Positions 12,974 to 25,025 of a stretch of DNA of 64,000 bases are shown here, one piece after another (position 1 is the first letter of the stretch; every line of letters starts with the position of its first letter). This stretch comes from Anthoceros angustus (lineage: Eukaryota > Plantae > Anthocerotophyta). The notes under the pieces were generated by a model. The model was given only the letters and a program-made list of their open reading frames with translations. It ran no database searches and was not told where the DNA came from. A program made the position numbers and the translations under genes. The stretch lies in assembly GCA_010909165.1 (NCBI GenBank), contig VJWM01000282.1, positions 62,001 to 126,000 of the forward strand, in the 5' to 3' direction.

Positions 12974-13993
12974 TTAAACTTGGGCAAGGATTTGGTCGGC
13001 TTTGCTATGTTGTATGCATTGGTACATCTGTACCTTTACTATTCCCCTTTCTGCAGCATCACGAATATAGTGATGTTGAATCTCTATGTGTTTCGTGCGT
13101 GCATGGAACACGGGGTTAGCAACTAAAGCAATTGCTGACATATTATCACAGTTAAGTATTGTTGGCCCTTCCTGCGTCATACCCAGATCCTCACATAGCT
13201 TCCTTTCCCATTCAGCCTCTTTGGTGGCTTCAGTGAGAGCCTTGTACTCCGATTCTGTTGATGAAAGTGATATGGCTGCTTGTTTTCTACAAGACCAATT
13301 AACAACGATGGAGCAGAAAGCAATATCTTTGAGATACTTTTCGGTGTCGTCGTCCAAGCCCAATCTGCATCGACATAACATGTAAGTAGGAGGCGCTTCT
13401 TTCCGCTAGGTTTGTAGCATAGGCCATAATTTTGAGTACCCTTGAGGTACGCATGATGCGTTTGAGAGCAACCAGTGATCCCTCCTGGATTCTCGAGAGG
13501 CGAGCAACATTCACGGTGTTTGAGATGTCGGTCTTGTCGATTACTCAAGAACATGAGAGTGCCAACTCCCATGCGGTAGAGCAGATCTCCATCTCCTTCT
13601 TGTCCTCTTGCGAGGCGGGGCGGATGAGCTTAACACCGGCACTGGTGTAGCCCGTCATGCGTTCTCCAAGTTGAATCGTTTTAGCATACCATATATCGTC
13701 CTTGATGAAGATAAATAGCTCCAGTGCTATCTCTATGTACATGCATTCCAAGAATATATTTAACTTTGCGAGATCCTTCATCTCGAATTCTTTGCTCAAA
13801 TCGACTTTTATCTTGTTGATTCAACATTATTGCTGGAATAACTAAGTCATCGACATATAGGGCAACAAGTACAAGTGAGCTATCTGAGAAGTACATAGAT
13901 GTTAGTATCGCTTCACTTTGAGAATCCCAACTTCTTGAGATAAGAATCCATTCTCTCGTACCATAAGCGTGGGCTTTGCTTAACAACACAGTA
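12974..13993 (-). pseudogene. Ty1/copia pol fragment (RT-RNase H), Copia A
   Basis: KQSPRLWY, LVALYVDDLVI, EFEMKDL, YVDADWA, WSCRKQAAISLSSTESEY, CDNMSAIALVANPVFHARTKHIEIQHHYIR. Truncated at 13993. Confidence 0.93.
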
Positions 13994-14067
13994 TGATGTT
14001 CAGCAATTAACGTTGCCATCATCACCCTACGGGATGTGCCTATGGCATTGACACCGCCAACTTCACC
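13994..14067. repeat. ~75-bp direct repeat, copy 1
   Basis: TGATGT.C.GC.AAT.AACGTTGCCATCATCACCCTACGGGATGTGCCTATGGCATTGACACCGCCAACTTCACC matches 15599-15673. Confidence 0.92.
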
Positions 14068-14119
14068 CTAAACCCTAATTTTGTTGGGTCCATGGGGCAG
14101 TGCATAGCGGGTCCCACGC

Positions 14120-15560
14120 TTACCTATCTCTATTACAAGGCTCAGACGGTAGTAGCGAGACTTCACCTCTTGCGTGAGCGAGAGTCCATGCGAGGTTCAA
14201 GAAAGGTCCCGCAACAAGTTTTCCCGCTTTTCCTTCTTCATGAATGCATCGGAGGCATTTGAGTGCCTCACACCACCAATCTAGATTGGTTGGCGATTCT
14301 GAGGCACAACTTTCTGTTGCACATCCATTTCCTCTTCTTACATTGCTGCAACACGCTTGCTGGGAGGGCACGATTTGACATTATAGGCAAGAGTTATGCT
14401 CTCTGTTTCATAGGCATAAAGCTTGAGGGCTTCGTGACCATACCCTCCTATATTTGCATTCCATGTCATCCATGTTGCTCTGGTGGATGCATTGGGAGGT
14501 ATCATCCACCCGACACGCCAACGCCAATCCTACCTTGAGATCCTTCCTCCTCCAAGCTCCTTCCCGTGACCAGGAATAACTCTTGACCAAGCTTGAATAA
14601 AATATCCTTCCTCAATCCACAGCAAGGCGAATGGTTGCTCGAACACCGCACGACATCCCATAACTTGCCACATTACGCACACACATCACTCGCGGTTCCA
14701 CCAATCAAATCGACTCCTAGTACATCTTTACGAATCACACTTTTTCACAATGCAATCTCCACGGATATTACGGGTCATGACAGTAGCACGTCACCATCGG
14801 CTCCAGCCCAGTCCTCAAATGTTACGGTACCCCTTTCTCACCGTGCAAGCATGGGCCGCTTGCCCGAAATAGATCCTTCTTACACACATTTCTTGAATTG
14901 CGTAAAAGATAGATTTGAAATACAGCAGTCATGTTGCACCGTAACTTCCAAAGCCTCAACGGCCCTCAGGAGGCGGCCCAAATGACATAGCTTGCTCACG
15001 GTTTCAGCCGTAACGCCACTCTCCACACCTGCAGACCTATCCACAGCAGCAAGATATTCCATTGGATGGGCTGGCTTCTGGTCTATTTGATCATGAGTGT
15101 GACCAACCAAGAGGAATCCCACCTTCACTTTTTCAAACGTGCCCATATCAACGAGCATGTTCAGATATGCAAATAATAGCTGATTCTTGTTCTCCCGACA
15201 TGTATTATCAAGTTGCAAGTACAAAACTTTGGGCAGCACACCATCATAGTTGTGGATGACATCTTGAATGACGCTGATAGTCAAATTGGCATCATTCCGA
15301 GGTTGGCGTAGTGCAAAACGCTCGGCTTTGTGGGTGTAGTTGTGGATCATGCAACCAACCACGTGAGCATCGACGATGCGTTCTTCATCTAGATTTTGGG
15401 CCACCTCAACATGTGGTATCTACATCTTCTTACGGGTCCATGCCATGATACATAGTAACGTATACTTATGTGGTTCCACATAACTCTTGCTCAGTGTTTT
15501 GTCATCTTACCTTGTTGCTAAAAGGCGCTCATGATGATCAAACACCATAGTATGAGTCCC
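14120..15560 (-). pseudogene. Fragment of a second GHTH-type (DUF7869-like) DDD transposase
   Basis: ORF 14880-15404: HVVGCMIH..DANLTISVI..VLPKVLYLQLDNTCRENKNQLLFAYLNMLV..KVGFLLVGHTHDQIDQ, clearly homologous to 6298-6460. Confidence 0.85.
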
Positions 15561-15598
15561 TTTAAAGATGACAACTTCAAGGTTAACAACCGCGATTA

Positions 15599-15673
15599 TG
15601 ATGTCCGGCCAATCAACGTTGCCATCATCACCCTACGGGATGTGCCTATGGCATTGACACCGCCAACTTCACC
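15599..15673. repeat. ~75-bp direct repeat, copy 2
   Basis: Matches 13994-14067. Confidence 0.92.
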
Positions 15674-18630
15674 TTCCTCACCCCCTTGCCCCCCCCTCTC
15701 CCTATGATCGACCACAAAGGATGTAATGGGAGGAACATATTTGTCGAGGCATTTCCAAATGCGGAAGGCGGGATCGAGAACAAGCGAAGCGTCCGCCTCG
15801 CGGATCATCCGATTGGGTCGCCCGCAGTCGGGGCAGGGTGGGGTCATGGTAGCAGAAGGCGGAACCAAAGGCATCGTGACCGGCGGCCAGAGATAGGGGG
15901 AGGGAGTAAGATGGTAAGTGGTGATTAGAGCACCTGTAGGCTGGCCACCCGCCGAATAGGAGTGTAATAAAGGCGCCGACCTTGGGCGTGGTATAAGAAG
16001 GGGCGGAGTTGCTCTAGTAGAAATATCTTTCTCTTGGTGTGGATAGCGTTTCCCTTCAGGAACACTGCTCGACGTTGGGCTGCGTGGTGATCGGCGGTAG
16101 TACCACCACATCCTCCTCTCCGGCCTTTGGTGGGTCCCACACAGGACCACATAGGTTGTTGCTCCTCCTGAGCACGTGGGGATGACTCCTCTCTCCTCCA
16201 CGAGTCGGGCCTCGGGTCCGGGCCTCGGTCCGGTCTCAACTCGGGTCCGATCTTGAGTCGGTCTTATTCAGTCGGACCTCGGGGTCGGTCTCGTCTGATT
16301 CGGACCTCAGGTCCAGACCTTCTGAGTCCGGTCCTCAAGTCCGGACCCCCAACCCCGGACCGCCTCTGTTGGGGCCGAGTCCTCTCCGGTCCCCTTCACG
16401 GCAGGTCGGTTGGTTTCCTCCTCCCCCCACCCCTTTGGGGCCCTCGTCCCTATCCTCCACTGGTTGCGGACTTACCTCGAGGCCGTTACATTGGCGCGTC
16501 CCTCACTGGGCTCTTCTCCACCCACTGATGCCACCAAACAAGGCCACCAAGGCCCTGATCTGTCCCCATGCCCTTCTTCCTTCCACCCTCGGCCCCCGGG
16601 AGGTCCGGTCCGATTGCTGGTGGGAAGCTTCAGCGCCTTGAGGAGCTTAGCGTGGTAGTAGGCAAAATCCGAGTCAATTTGCTGGATTGCCTCCTCCACA
16701 TGCGCCCGGAGCACCCGATACTCCCTTCGCCATAGGTGCTCGGGGAGCTGAGCGTGTTGTCCGGCTTGCTGGTCCGTCTCTCCTACCAGGTTTGTCAGTT
16801 GGAGCCGGGCAGAATCTCGCGAGGCCACAAGGGAGGCCTCCGTTACTTCCTGCAACCGCCGCTGTTGCTCCACCTGCTCCAGCTCCCGTCGTTTGCCTTC
16901 GGCCGCCACTTCCCGCCATGATGCGGCGCCCTCCGCCTTCCTCAAGCTGGACTGCAGCTTCTTTTCTGCGTCCAAGGCCCTTGCTCCTCCGTTCATCTTG
17001 GCACGGCTCGCCATCTCCCTCCAGGCGGTCGGCAACTCTGCCCGGTTGGCGCCGTCCAAGTCCTCTCCATTTCGACGTCTGCTCCTTGTTCCACCGCCTC
17101 TTACCTCTTGCGCCAATGAGCTGGAGTCGCTCTATCTCCTTCGTGATCCGCGATCACGCGAAACCCCGTTCCGCTCGATTGTATCTTGCTGACTCAAGGT
17201 CTCAAGGTCTTCCATCTCCTGCACTTGTTCCTCCACTTCCATGGCCCGGAGATCCTCCATCTCCTTGTTTACAGCCTCCTTCTCTTACCTGCACACGGTG
17301 GCCCATTTTGCTCGCCTCCGCCTTGCTCGCCTTGTATTTGTCCTGTCTCCCTCCACTTGGTTTGATCCGCGGTAGTGATCACGTTGGTTTAGCCAGCAGC
17401 TTCCGCCTCCGCTTTTTCACCACGAGCCTCCAGCCAGGTGTTGTTCTGTAGCCGCCTCGGCTGGTCTCGACACTCCGCTCCCCTGCCTCCCGGCTCCCCT
17501 AGCCTTCCTCCGCTGGAGAGGTCCGCACTTGGCCTCCTTGCGCTCTGCTTTCACTGTCGCACAGCATGACTTTGGTCCGATCACGAATAGACCGGACCTC
17601 CGTTACGCCTTCCGGCGGCTTCCTCCTCGATTCAAGCGAGGATTACGCCTTCTTCTTGGCCTCACAGGCGCCCACCGCTCTTGGAGGAGCACCATGCGCC
17701 TCTGGTTGCCTCCACCTCACAGGTCTTCTCTGCGTCCCGAGACCCCAGGCATTCCGTCCATGATGGTTGCCAGACTCCGCCGTGTCTCTTCCAGCCACGG
17801 CGCGGGCCAGAAGTCCGTCGTGGGTGAGCATCACCCCTAAGGACCGCCCGGGATCATGGTCCGAGTGAGTCGACTTGGCTCGGGACTAATGTCAGGACCT
17901 CGTGTCCTGGGTGCCTGGTCCGGCCCTTCCACTTCCTTGGCCCGCTTGGCGCTGGCTCATCGCCCGCCGTCTTCGCTTGGGCTGGGTGGCGGCGAGGGGT
18001 CCGAGCGTTTCCCTCTCTCCGTCGGAGCAGGATGGCCCGGATGTGGCTTCCTTCAGGTGCTGGCCCGCCTCACAGGCGGCGTCCCTCTGCCCTCCTTATT
18101 GCTTCCTCCGCCTCACACTGGTAGGTAGAGGCACCTCGGCGCTCCTTGGCCACAGGGAGCCACCTCACCTCTTGACATTTCTTGGGTCTCGGTGTGGCTC
18201 AGCCGGCTGGGGCATGGTGGCTGGTTGGTGGGCGCGCGGCGCCAACTCCCTTCCCGTGGGTGCTCCGTCCGACGGGCACCTCGCCTCCGGGAACGAAGGG
18301 AGGCGGGATATCCTCCCATACCTCTCTGGGCGAGGGGTCCGTTCAGGATGGGTCAATCCTCCCAATCATCTTCCTCCGGGCTCGTTTGGCCTTAGGAGGT
18401 CGGGCCTCGCCTCTCGGCGCCCGCCTTCCATCTGCCTCCCGTGAGCCGCCAGCCCTTCTGCGGCCGCTCCTCTTCTCCCTCCTTGAGGAGGTTGAGGTGT
18501 CCCCACACATGGATGAGGAAGGGGCAGTCTTGTGGCGGGCCTGACTTCCATCCGTAGCTTCTGGCCTCTGGCCCGGTCCGGGCGAGGATGATATGCCCCC
18601 AGTCGGCCCGTTAGCGTGGGTGTCGGTGAG
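15599..18630 (-). mobile_element. GC-rich retroelement-derived segment with coiled-coil ORF; unclassified
   Basis: Begins with TG. Coiled-coil ORF 16472-17116 (LDAEKKLQSSLRKAEGAASWREVAAEGKRRELEQVEQQRRLQEV). CxxC stretch PCPDCGRP near 15830. Degenerate GGTCCG repeats 16200-16360. Right boundary approximate. Confidence 0.45.
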
Positions 18631-19118
18631 GCGGATAAATTGAAAGAATGGATCATTGCGAGAATGTCTGGTAAAGGTATCCTCAGAAAAGCTGTAATTC
18701 TCCGAATTGCCTCAGATTGATGTTGCAGAGCTTCAGAAATCACTGCAATTTTGTCAAGAGCTGCTTCAAGTCTGACGCCAATGTTTGAGGTTTTGCGCAA
18801 CACCAAGACCTGTAAATCCCTGAGTCGATCAGACTCCAGGGCAAGGTATGATTGGTTGAAGATGAGTTCCTCGTCGTCGTCGTCAGTTTGGTACACTCTT
18901 ACAATTCTTCGTAGGAGCCGGCGATCTGCGTGGCAGGAGCACAGACACGCGTCGAGCTCTGGGTGGGCGTTGGGGCCACGTGATTCAAGCTCTTCACCAC
19001 GGCCTTGTGGAGCCGTGCGTGGGCCAGATCTAGATGAGGTAGTATGTGAAACTGTAGAAAGCACGAGGCCTCGGCTTCTCCTACCGGTTGGCCTTGATCT
19101 GCGTTCAACTGGCGTCAT
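18630..19118 (-). CDS. First ORF of short-LTR element D (helical, gag-position; 3' part lost)
   Basis: Lies downstream of the PBS at 19344. Protein-like up to ...IPLPDILAMIHSFNL, then an abrupt switch to GC-rich sequence. No recognisable gag motif. Confidence 0.45.
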
Positions 19119-19343
19119 GTCGATGCTCTCTACGGACCGGACATAGACTTTCTAGTACAGCCCAATTTCTCTTATGCTAACCATCCTGTGCAGGTGATGG
19201 AGTAGGAGATTCAACATAGCTCGGAGTGCAATCTGGATGCACTCTAAATTGCGTTGAGAACCCTATTTCATCAGATGTACAGTATGCAACATAGAGATTA
19301 GATTAGAATGAATCTAGAGGCGGCATGGATCATAGAGCCTAGT

Positions 19344-19355
19344 GCTCTGATACCA
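19344..19355 (-). promoter_or_regulatory. Primer-binding site (tRNA-iMet)
   Basis: GCTCTGATACCA = reverse complement of TGGTATCAGAGC, adjacent to the LTR. Confidence 0.93.
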
Positions 19356-19524
19356 TGTGAATAAAGCGGAAGCTTGCTTACAAAACAAAAAGTTGTAAAC
19401 AAAATGAATTGATTAAATTACAAAACTTGTATGTGTTTAAATGCTTGTCCAAGTGACTATTACGTTAAACCTAAGACATATCAGTGCTCGGCGGTTAATG
19501 CGTTAGGGTAAATAACCCTTAACA
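19356..19524 (-). repeat. 5' LTR of element D (169 bp), inserted in Copia B RT
   Basis: TGTGAA...CTTAACA, next to the PBS. Interrupts RT after KLSLDQ. Confidence 0.85.
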
Positions 19525-20232
19525 CTGGTCAAGTGATAGCTTCATGCACCGCAGCTCCTGGGTGGAGCGAGGCTTACGGTGTCGGATCTGGAATCGATGC
19601 AAAACCTCGCAATATACTTGGCTTGATGAAGGCATAAGAAGAGTATCATCAAGATGGCGCTGAAGTTGAACTCTCAGGAAGCGGTGGTGCCCCAATATCC
19701 TTCATAATGAATTTTTGGTGCAACATGTCTTTGACCCATTATAACAAAACCGGATTGTTTGATGCGAGATGGCATAGTCAACATATAAGCGAGCAGCAGA
19801 TTTACCATCTGGGGTAGAAATATACGTTTGCATCACGGGATTACGAATCGAGCAATAGATTTAAGAGTACTTATCAATGGTCTTATACCATTCCCGTGTT
19901 ACTTCAAACCGTGAGATGGTCTTCTTGAGATGAGACCCAATCCAGTGCTCGGGGTCCAACAAAACCGCTGTGACATATAGATATCCTCTTCGATTCACCA
20001 TACGGAAGGCGGTACATCCATCCTGTCTGGAGATCCCGGGCATTGGCGATAGAGCAAGGATCATGCGGATGGGATTTAGCAGGCTGAAAGTTTCAGTGAA
20101 ATCTATTCCAGGAACCTGGGTAAAACCCATGGCAACAAGCCGAGACTTATATCTGGCAATCGTGCCCTGGGCATTCAACTTATGCTTGAAGACCCATTTA
20201 CAGCTTACAACCTTCCTATCCTTGGGCAAGGG
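19525..20232 (-). pseudogene. Copia B reverse transcriptase, copy 1
   Basis: LPKDRKVVSCKWVFKHKLNAQGTIARYKSRLVAMGFTQVPGIDFTETFS. Confidence 0.92.
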
Positions 20233-23200
20233 TGTGGTTTGGGAAAACCCGGGGCACTCCCGAGGTCCTCCCACTATAGCGGCCACACTTATCCCACTGT
20301 CGCTTCGTACGTTGGGTTTCGTCCCATGAGACTTGTGTGAAAATTCGAGATCTTGTGGTCACCGATCGCTACCTGCAGAGACACAACTCTCAGCCTTCTC
20401 AACGAGCAAGGCGCCCTCTACTCTCCCTCTTACGTGTTGCTTGCCTTCAGAAAATGACCAATCCTCGTACAGCGACAGCACAATTGAGTCACAACCTGGC
20501 GAGCCTATCACGGGCGAGGAGACCCCCAGTCCACACCGCGATTTCGTCCCTACTTCTAAGACCACTCTTCTCCACTCGAGGCGCTCTTTTTCTTGCGGTT
20601 GGGATTGCGTCCCTTAGGCTCACATGGCCTTCCACTAACACCTACACCTCTAATCCTCTACTCATCTTCTCATCTCCTCATCCTCTTCCTCCTATTCTAA
20701 CCTCGATTCGGGCTTCTTGGTTTCGACTCGCCCTTACGGCTGGCTGGTCGCCTCCACCCGGCAAGTTCTTCCTTGGGCGGTTGCTATGAGTTTGACACAC
20801 GGCGAGAACCTCCGAGTCTTTCACTGTAGTCTACCCTCAAGCCGAGTTCTGGGCATTTGCCACACACCCAAAGCAAAGCAATTTCACGGCAACCATTCAC
20901 AAGGGGGAACTCGTTTAGGCACTTGCGGAGCAAGTCCTCCACCAACACTCAGACCACTTCCTCTCTACGAATGTGTTGGCTCACGGTGACACGAAATTCC
21001 TCTGTAATGGCAAAGGACTCGATGGGCGTGACATGATACTTTACTTTGTGAAATCCTCCTCCTCTTATAGGAGGCCTTCCACATACAACCTCCCTTGGGT
21101 GACCCTCTGCGGTCACCTTTTCCAATTCTATTATTTCCTACATGACATTTATATACGGCACCTAATCTATTATCCTTGGTAAATTCTATTCTAGAACTTC
21201 ACCTAAGTCATCCTTGAAGGATGTCGATTACATCACTATCCTTCCTATTCTTCTACCTAGCATTTATGGCCCTTGACCATATCTAGTCTTCACCTATTGG
21301 GGTGAGCGTGTCGTGGTGGATTGGCTCCCTCGCCCTCCTTTTGCTCTTGCCCTTCCCAGCCTTTGTCGCTTCCTAATGTGTGGGGCAAGTACAATCTTGC
21401 CCTTCCTCCATCTCCGGGGGGCGCGATTCTCCCCTCAATCGCGCTTCGCACCTGGCGCCCCTTCCCTCGTCGCCTGTCGCCCGTTCATCGCACCCTACCG
21501 CGGTGTCGGCGGACTACTGGGTGACCTGTAGTGGTCCCTATCTCCTTCTTCCTTCCTCCTTGGTGAGGTTTCTTGAGTCGGGATCTTCATTGCTCTTTGC
21601 CTTCTTTGGATTTGTCCATACCTATCATAGAGCACCCTTCATCCCCATTGCCCATCGGATTTCTAATCTCTCGGGCCCTTTTGCGTTGGACTCCTCCTGG
21701 TCCCGGTTCCTCCCTTACTCGCGGGGGAAATTCCTCACCCTTCCTTCCTCGGCAGGTCGGACCCGTCCTTAGTCTCCTCCGGTGGGGTTGTCTCTCCCAC
21801 CCCAGTTTCCTCGGGGTGTTGCGGACCCCGGCCTTCATCTCCATCCGGGCCTTCCGGCGACTCCCACAGCTCGTGCGGGCACCCTGCCTACAGTAGTCGG
21901 GACTGGCGTGTGTGGCATCCCCGCAGTAGTCGGACTACCGTGGTAGGGTGGTCACCCGTGGTGGGGTGACCCCTGAGGCGGGTGTCCCTCTCCTTGCTCT
22001 CCGCCGTCTCCCACCCACTTGCCAGCTCCTCCTCGTCTCACTCCTCAGTTCCTCGGAGTCCATTTGATGGCCTCATCAAAATCGGAGGCCTCTGCACTGT
22101 TGCGGCTCCCGATCATCATCATGAGGACCCAATGTCCTCCTCTTGGCCAAGTAAGACTTCGTTGTTGGCCTTCAAGATCTGTTGTGGGTGAGCCCCAAGC
22201 TATGATATTGCATTTGGAGATCATCAATCTCGGCCACTCTCCATCTTGCACCTACCTTGTAGGCATCTCTTGCTGGTTAATTCTCCCACCTTCACATGGA
22301 GGTTACATTCTCCTCCCTCACTTCCTTTATGGTTGGCCAATTTTGCACGAAGGGCATAATCGCCAAAATCTTCTTCCTCACTACCGGCATGCACCACCTT
22401 CTTGTGGCGCTCCTCCTCCAGACCTCCTTGTTCCGGTCCTAATTCTTTGGCAAGCCCTCCTCTCTCTTTTGCGCTCCGCTCCAGCTCTTGGTCTTGTGCT
22501 TCTCCGCGCTCCTCCAAATTATCGGGTCCTTCTCAACTCCTCTCCCATATCCCGGATTTGATAGCTTGAGTAGCCATCACACACTCATGCGTCACTTCTT
22601 TGGATTTTCTCCCTTCCTAGTGCCTCGTTTTCTTCCTTTCTTGCTCTAATTGGGCAAAATGCTCTTCGCCTTTTGCCTCCAAGAATCCTTTTGGGTTGTT
22701 GCGAATGGCTCTTTCTTGAGTGACAACTTCCCTCGGGGCTTCTCCGCGCGTTCCAGGTCGGGGAGCTTCTCCTGACCTTTTCCTTGGCTGCCTTTTCATC
22801 GGACTCCATGGCCAATTGCCACCTTTCTTCCCCATGTCATTTCACTTCCTCTTGGCATGCCCACAAGGAGGCTGCTAGGTCCCTAGCCCCTTCAAATCCA
22901 CGGTGAGTGCTTCACAAGCACCCAGCAATTCTCCTAGGGGTCCTAATTCCACCCCTCTCTTCTTCAAATTTCCAGCTCTCACACTTTCGGGCCATCGGCC
23001 GGCGGGTCCCCTTCTCGCTCCATCCGCTCTCCCACAGTGCGATGGTGGCCGGCGCCTCGCGCGCACCTGTTCCTTCCCTTCCCTTCCCTTGCTGGGCGTG
23101 GTGCACGGCGGTGGGTGCTCCCCCCAGTGGTTGCCTACCTACCATGGTGGTGCCTACCGTGGTGCTACCACCCCAGGTGGGCGCCTCCCTAAGGGTGAGG

Positions 23201-25020
23201 CCGAGTGCCTCTCGTAGGCACAAGGAGATGGTGGGGACTCCCCACCCTCGGGGTCACACTCAGTGGTCCTCTCTCATAGACTACCACCATCCGGCCTTCC
23301 TTGCTTCTTGTTCTTCTCCTTGCTCTGTGGGAAAGATTCCCACTCGGCAACTTTGTTGCCTCCATCTTCCTCCTCTTGCTTCTAGCATGCTTGTGGAGGT
23401 CGACCTCCCCGTCTTCAATGCAAAGGCAAGGCCTTTCCAACCTCGGTGGAGTGGATGACCTCAAAGGGATGCCATGCATCTTCAAGCTCCTTGCTTGTGA
23501 AGTCCCTCGGTTTCCACAAATGCACCAAATAGGTGCTAAGGTAGCAGCCTTGGCCCTTCCTCATCCGAATTTGGCTTGAGGAGCTTCTCGGTGGTGGATG
23601 TAGGCCTCATACATGATAGTCCCCAATCGGCTTGGCTCCCATGGAAATCTTCCACAAAAGTTGGTCTTTGAAATAAGAGGTCGTTGGTAATTACCAACAA
23701 TCTTTGCGAAGAGCCTCCACTTGACTCCTTGATGCTCTCGGTCTTCCGACCATTCTTGGCGTGGGCCTTTTCACTCCTCCATCCATCATGTCGAGAACTC
23801 TGCGGGATGTCGGGAGGGCATCCTCTTCCCTCCATTCCTTTCGAGGCAATTCGAGCTCTTCCTCCCGGTCTTCACAGATGCTCCTTACGGTCCAGCAGTG
23901 AGGATCCGTCTAGCATTCCTTCCGTAGCGGCGGCGCTTCCGATTGATGGAGGTTGATGTAACACTCCTCAATCAATTCCAAATTGGTGTAGGCCCATTGG
24001 CCATCCTATGGATGTTCTCCTCCTCGCCTTGCGAAAATCAACCAAATCTCGGGGTTGAGCTGCCCAAAGCAAGTGAATTGGGGCATCACCTCACCTCCCC
24101 CTGCTCGCTTCTTTCCTTCCTCCTCGCGAGGAAGGTGGCCTTCCTTCCTTTCGCTCGAGGCATGGTGTTTTCCTCAAGTGCAAAGGAAGAGACTCTCCAA
24201 TTTGAGCAAACACCTCAGCACCTCTTCTCCTTCTCTGAGCAACCCCGACTCACACGTTAGGATCCCCCTCTCCCTTTCTTCTTCTCCTCCTCCTTGAGGC
24301 GCCCTCTTCACTCTCTCTCGCCTCTCCCTCTGCTCACCCTTCTCCAACTCTTCCTTCCGGTGTCTTCAGCTCTTGTGCTTCCGCTCCAGGCCTCTCCTCC
24401 ACCTCTTTCTCCTTCCTTTCTTCGGTCTCTGAGGGCTCCTCCTTGGTGCGCCGCTCCTTCTCGCCGCTTCTTCCTCTGGCGGCGATGGCGGCTTCCCTTC
24501 GCTTACGCTCCGACTCGATCCTCTTGGGTTGCGCTCGAAGAAGTTGGGCCCAAAGCGCACTTTGCCCTTTGGATGGCGCCACAGGGCACAACCCTAGATT
24601 GGTTCATCATTCCAAAATCCTAATTCTATAATACCTACCTTTCCTACTACCCTAATTAATTCTAATTACTCTATATATTTTCCCTATTGGTGAGCATATA
24701 TAGTGGATATCCCTCTATTCTAATTTCCTTTTTAGCGAGATTGTCGACCTACGCGGTAGTACCGCGTGCTCCTTTTCTCGGACGGCGTGGTGTGGCGACC
24801 CTGGTAGTGACCTACCAACCTTCGGACGCCCTCACCGCCTCAAATGCGGGGTCATTTGACCCGTTCTTCTTCAAATATCCTTCCTAACAATATCCTACTC
24901 GACTTCAAGATTCTCGAGAAGTTTTCTTGGCATGCTCCTCTTCAATCGTTCTTAGCCAAAAAATCAAACTTGTTGTCTGGCAGATTTAGATTTGGTTGCC
25001 CAAACTTTCTACGTTCCACA
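20233..25020 (-). mobile_element. Giant solo-LTR-like element (4788 bp), copy 1
   Basis: TGTGG...CCACA termini. Flanks AAGGG (20228-20232) and AAGGA (25021-25025). Splits the RT motif TWELVP|LPK. No internal LTR pair seen. Confidence 0.85.
21900..24580 (-). CDS. ORF inside the giant LTR-like element (K/E-rich N-terminus, central globular domain, C-terminal coiled coil); frameshifted as assembled
   Basis: QWAYTNLELIEECYINL, WKISMGA..DWGLSCM, YLSTYLVHLW, LAASLWACQEE, AMESDEKAAK, EEHFAQLEQER are conserved between copies. Confidence 0.7.
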
Positions 25021-25025
25021 AAGGA

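Noticed and set aside
12974-13993. Copia A RT-RNase H as the missing 3' end of Copia B or element D
   Set aside because: It repeats RT motifs already present in Copia B (YVDD, FEMKD) with a different sequence, and its adjacent LTR does not match the element D LTR.
14066-14079. CCCTAAACCCTAA plant telomere-like motif
   Set aside because: Under two units long, and such telo-box motifs are common. Not an interstitial telomeric array.
16687-17451. 254-aa plus-strand Pro-rich ORF
   Set aside because: Antisense shadow of the minus-strand coiled-coil ORF.
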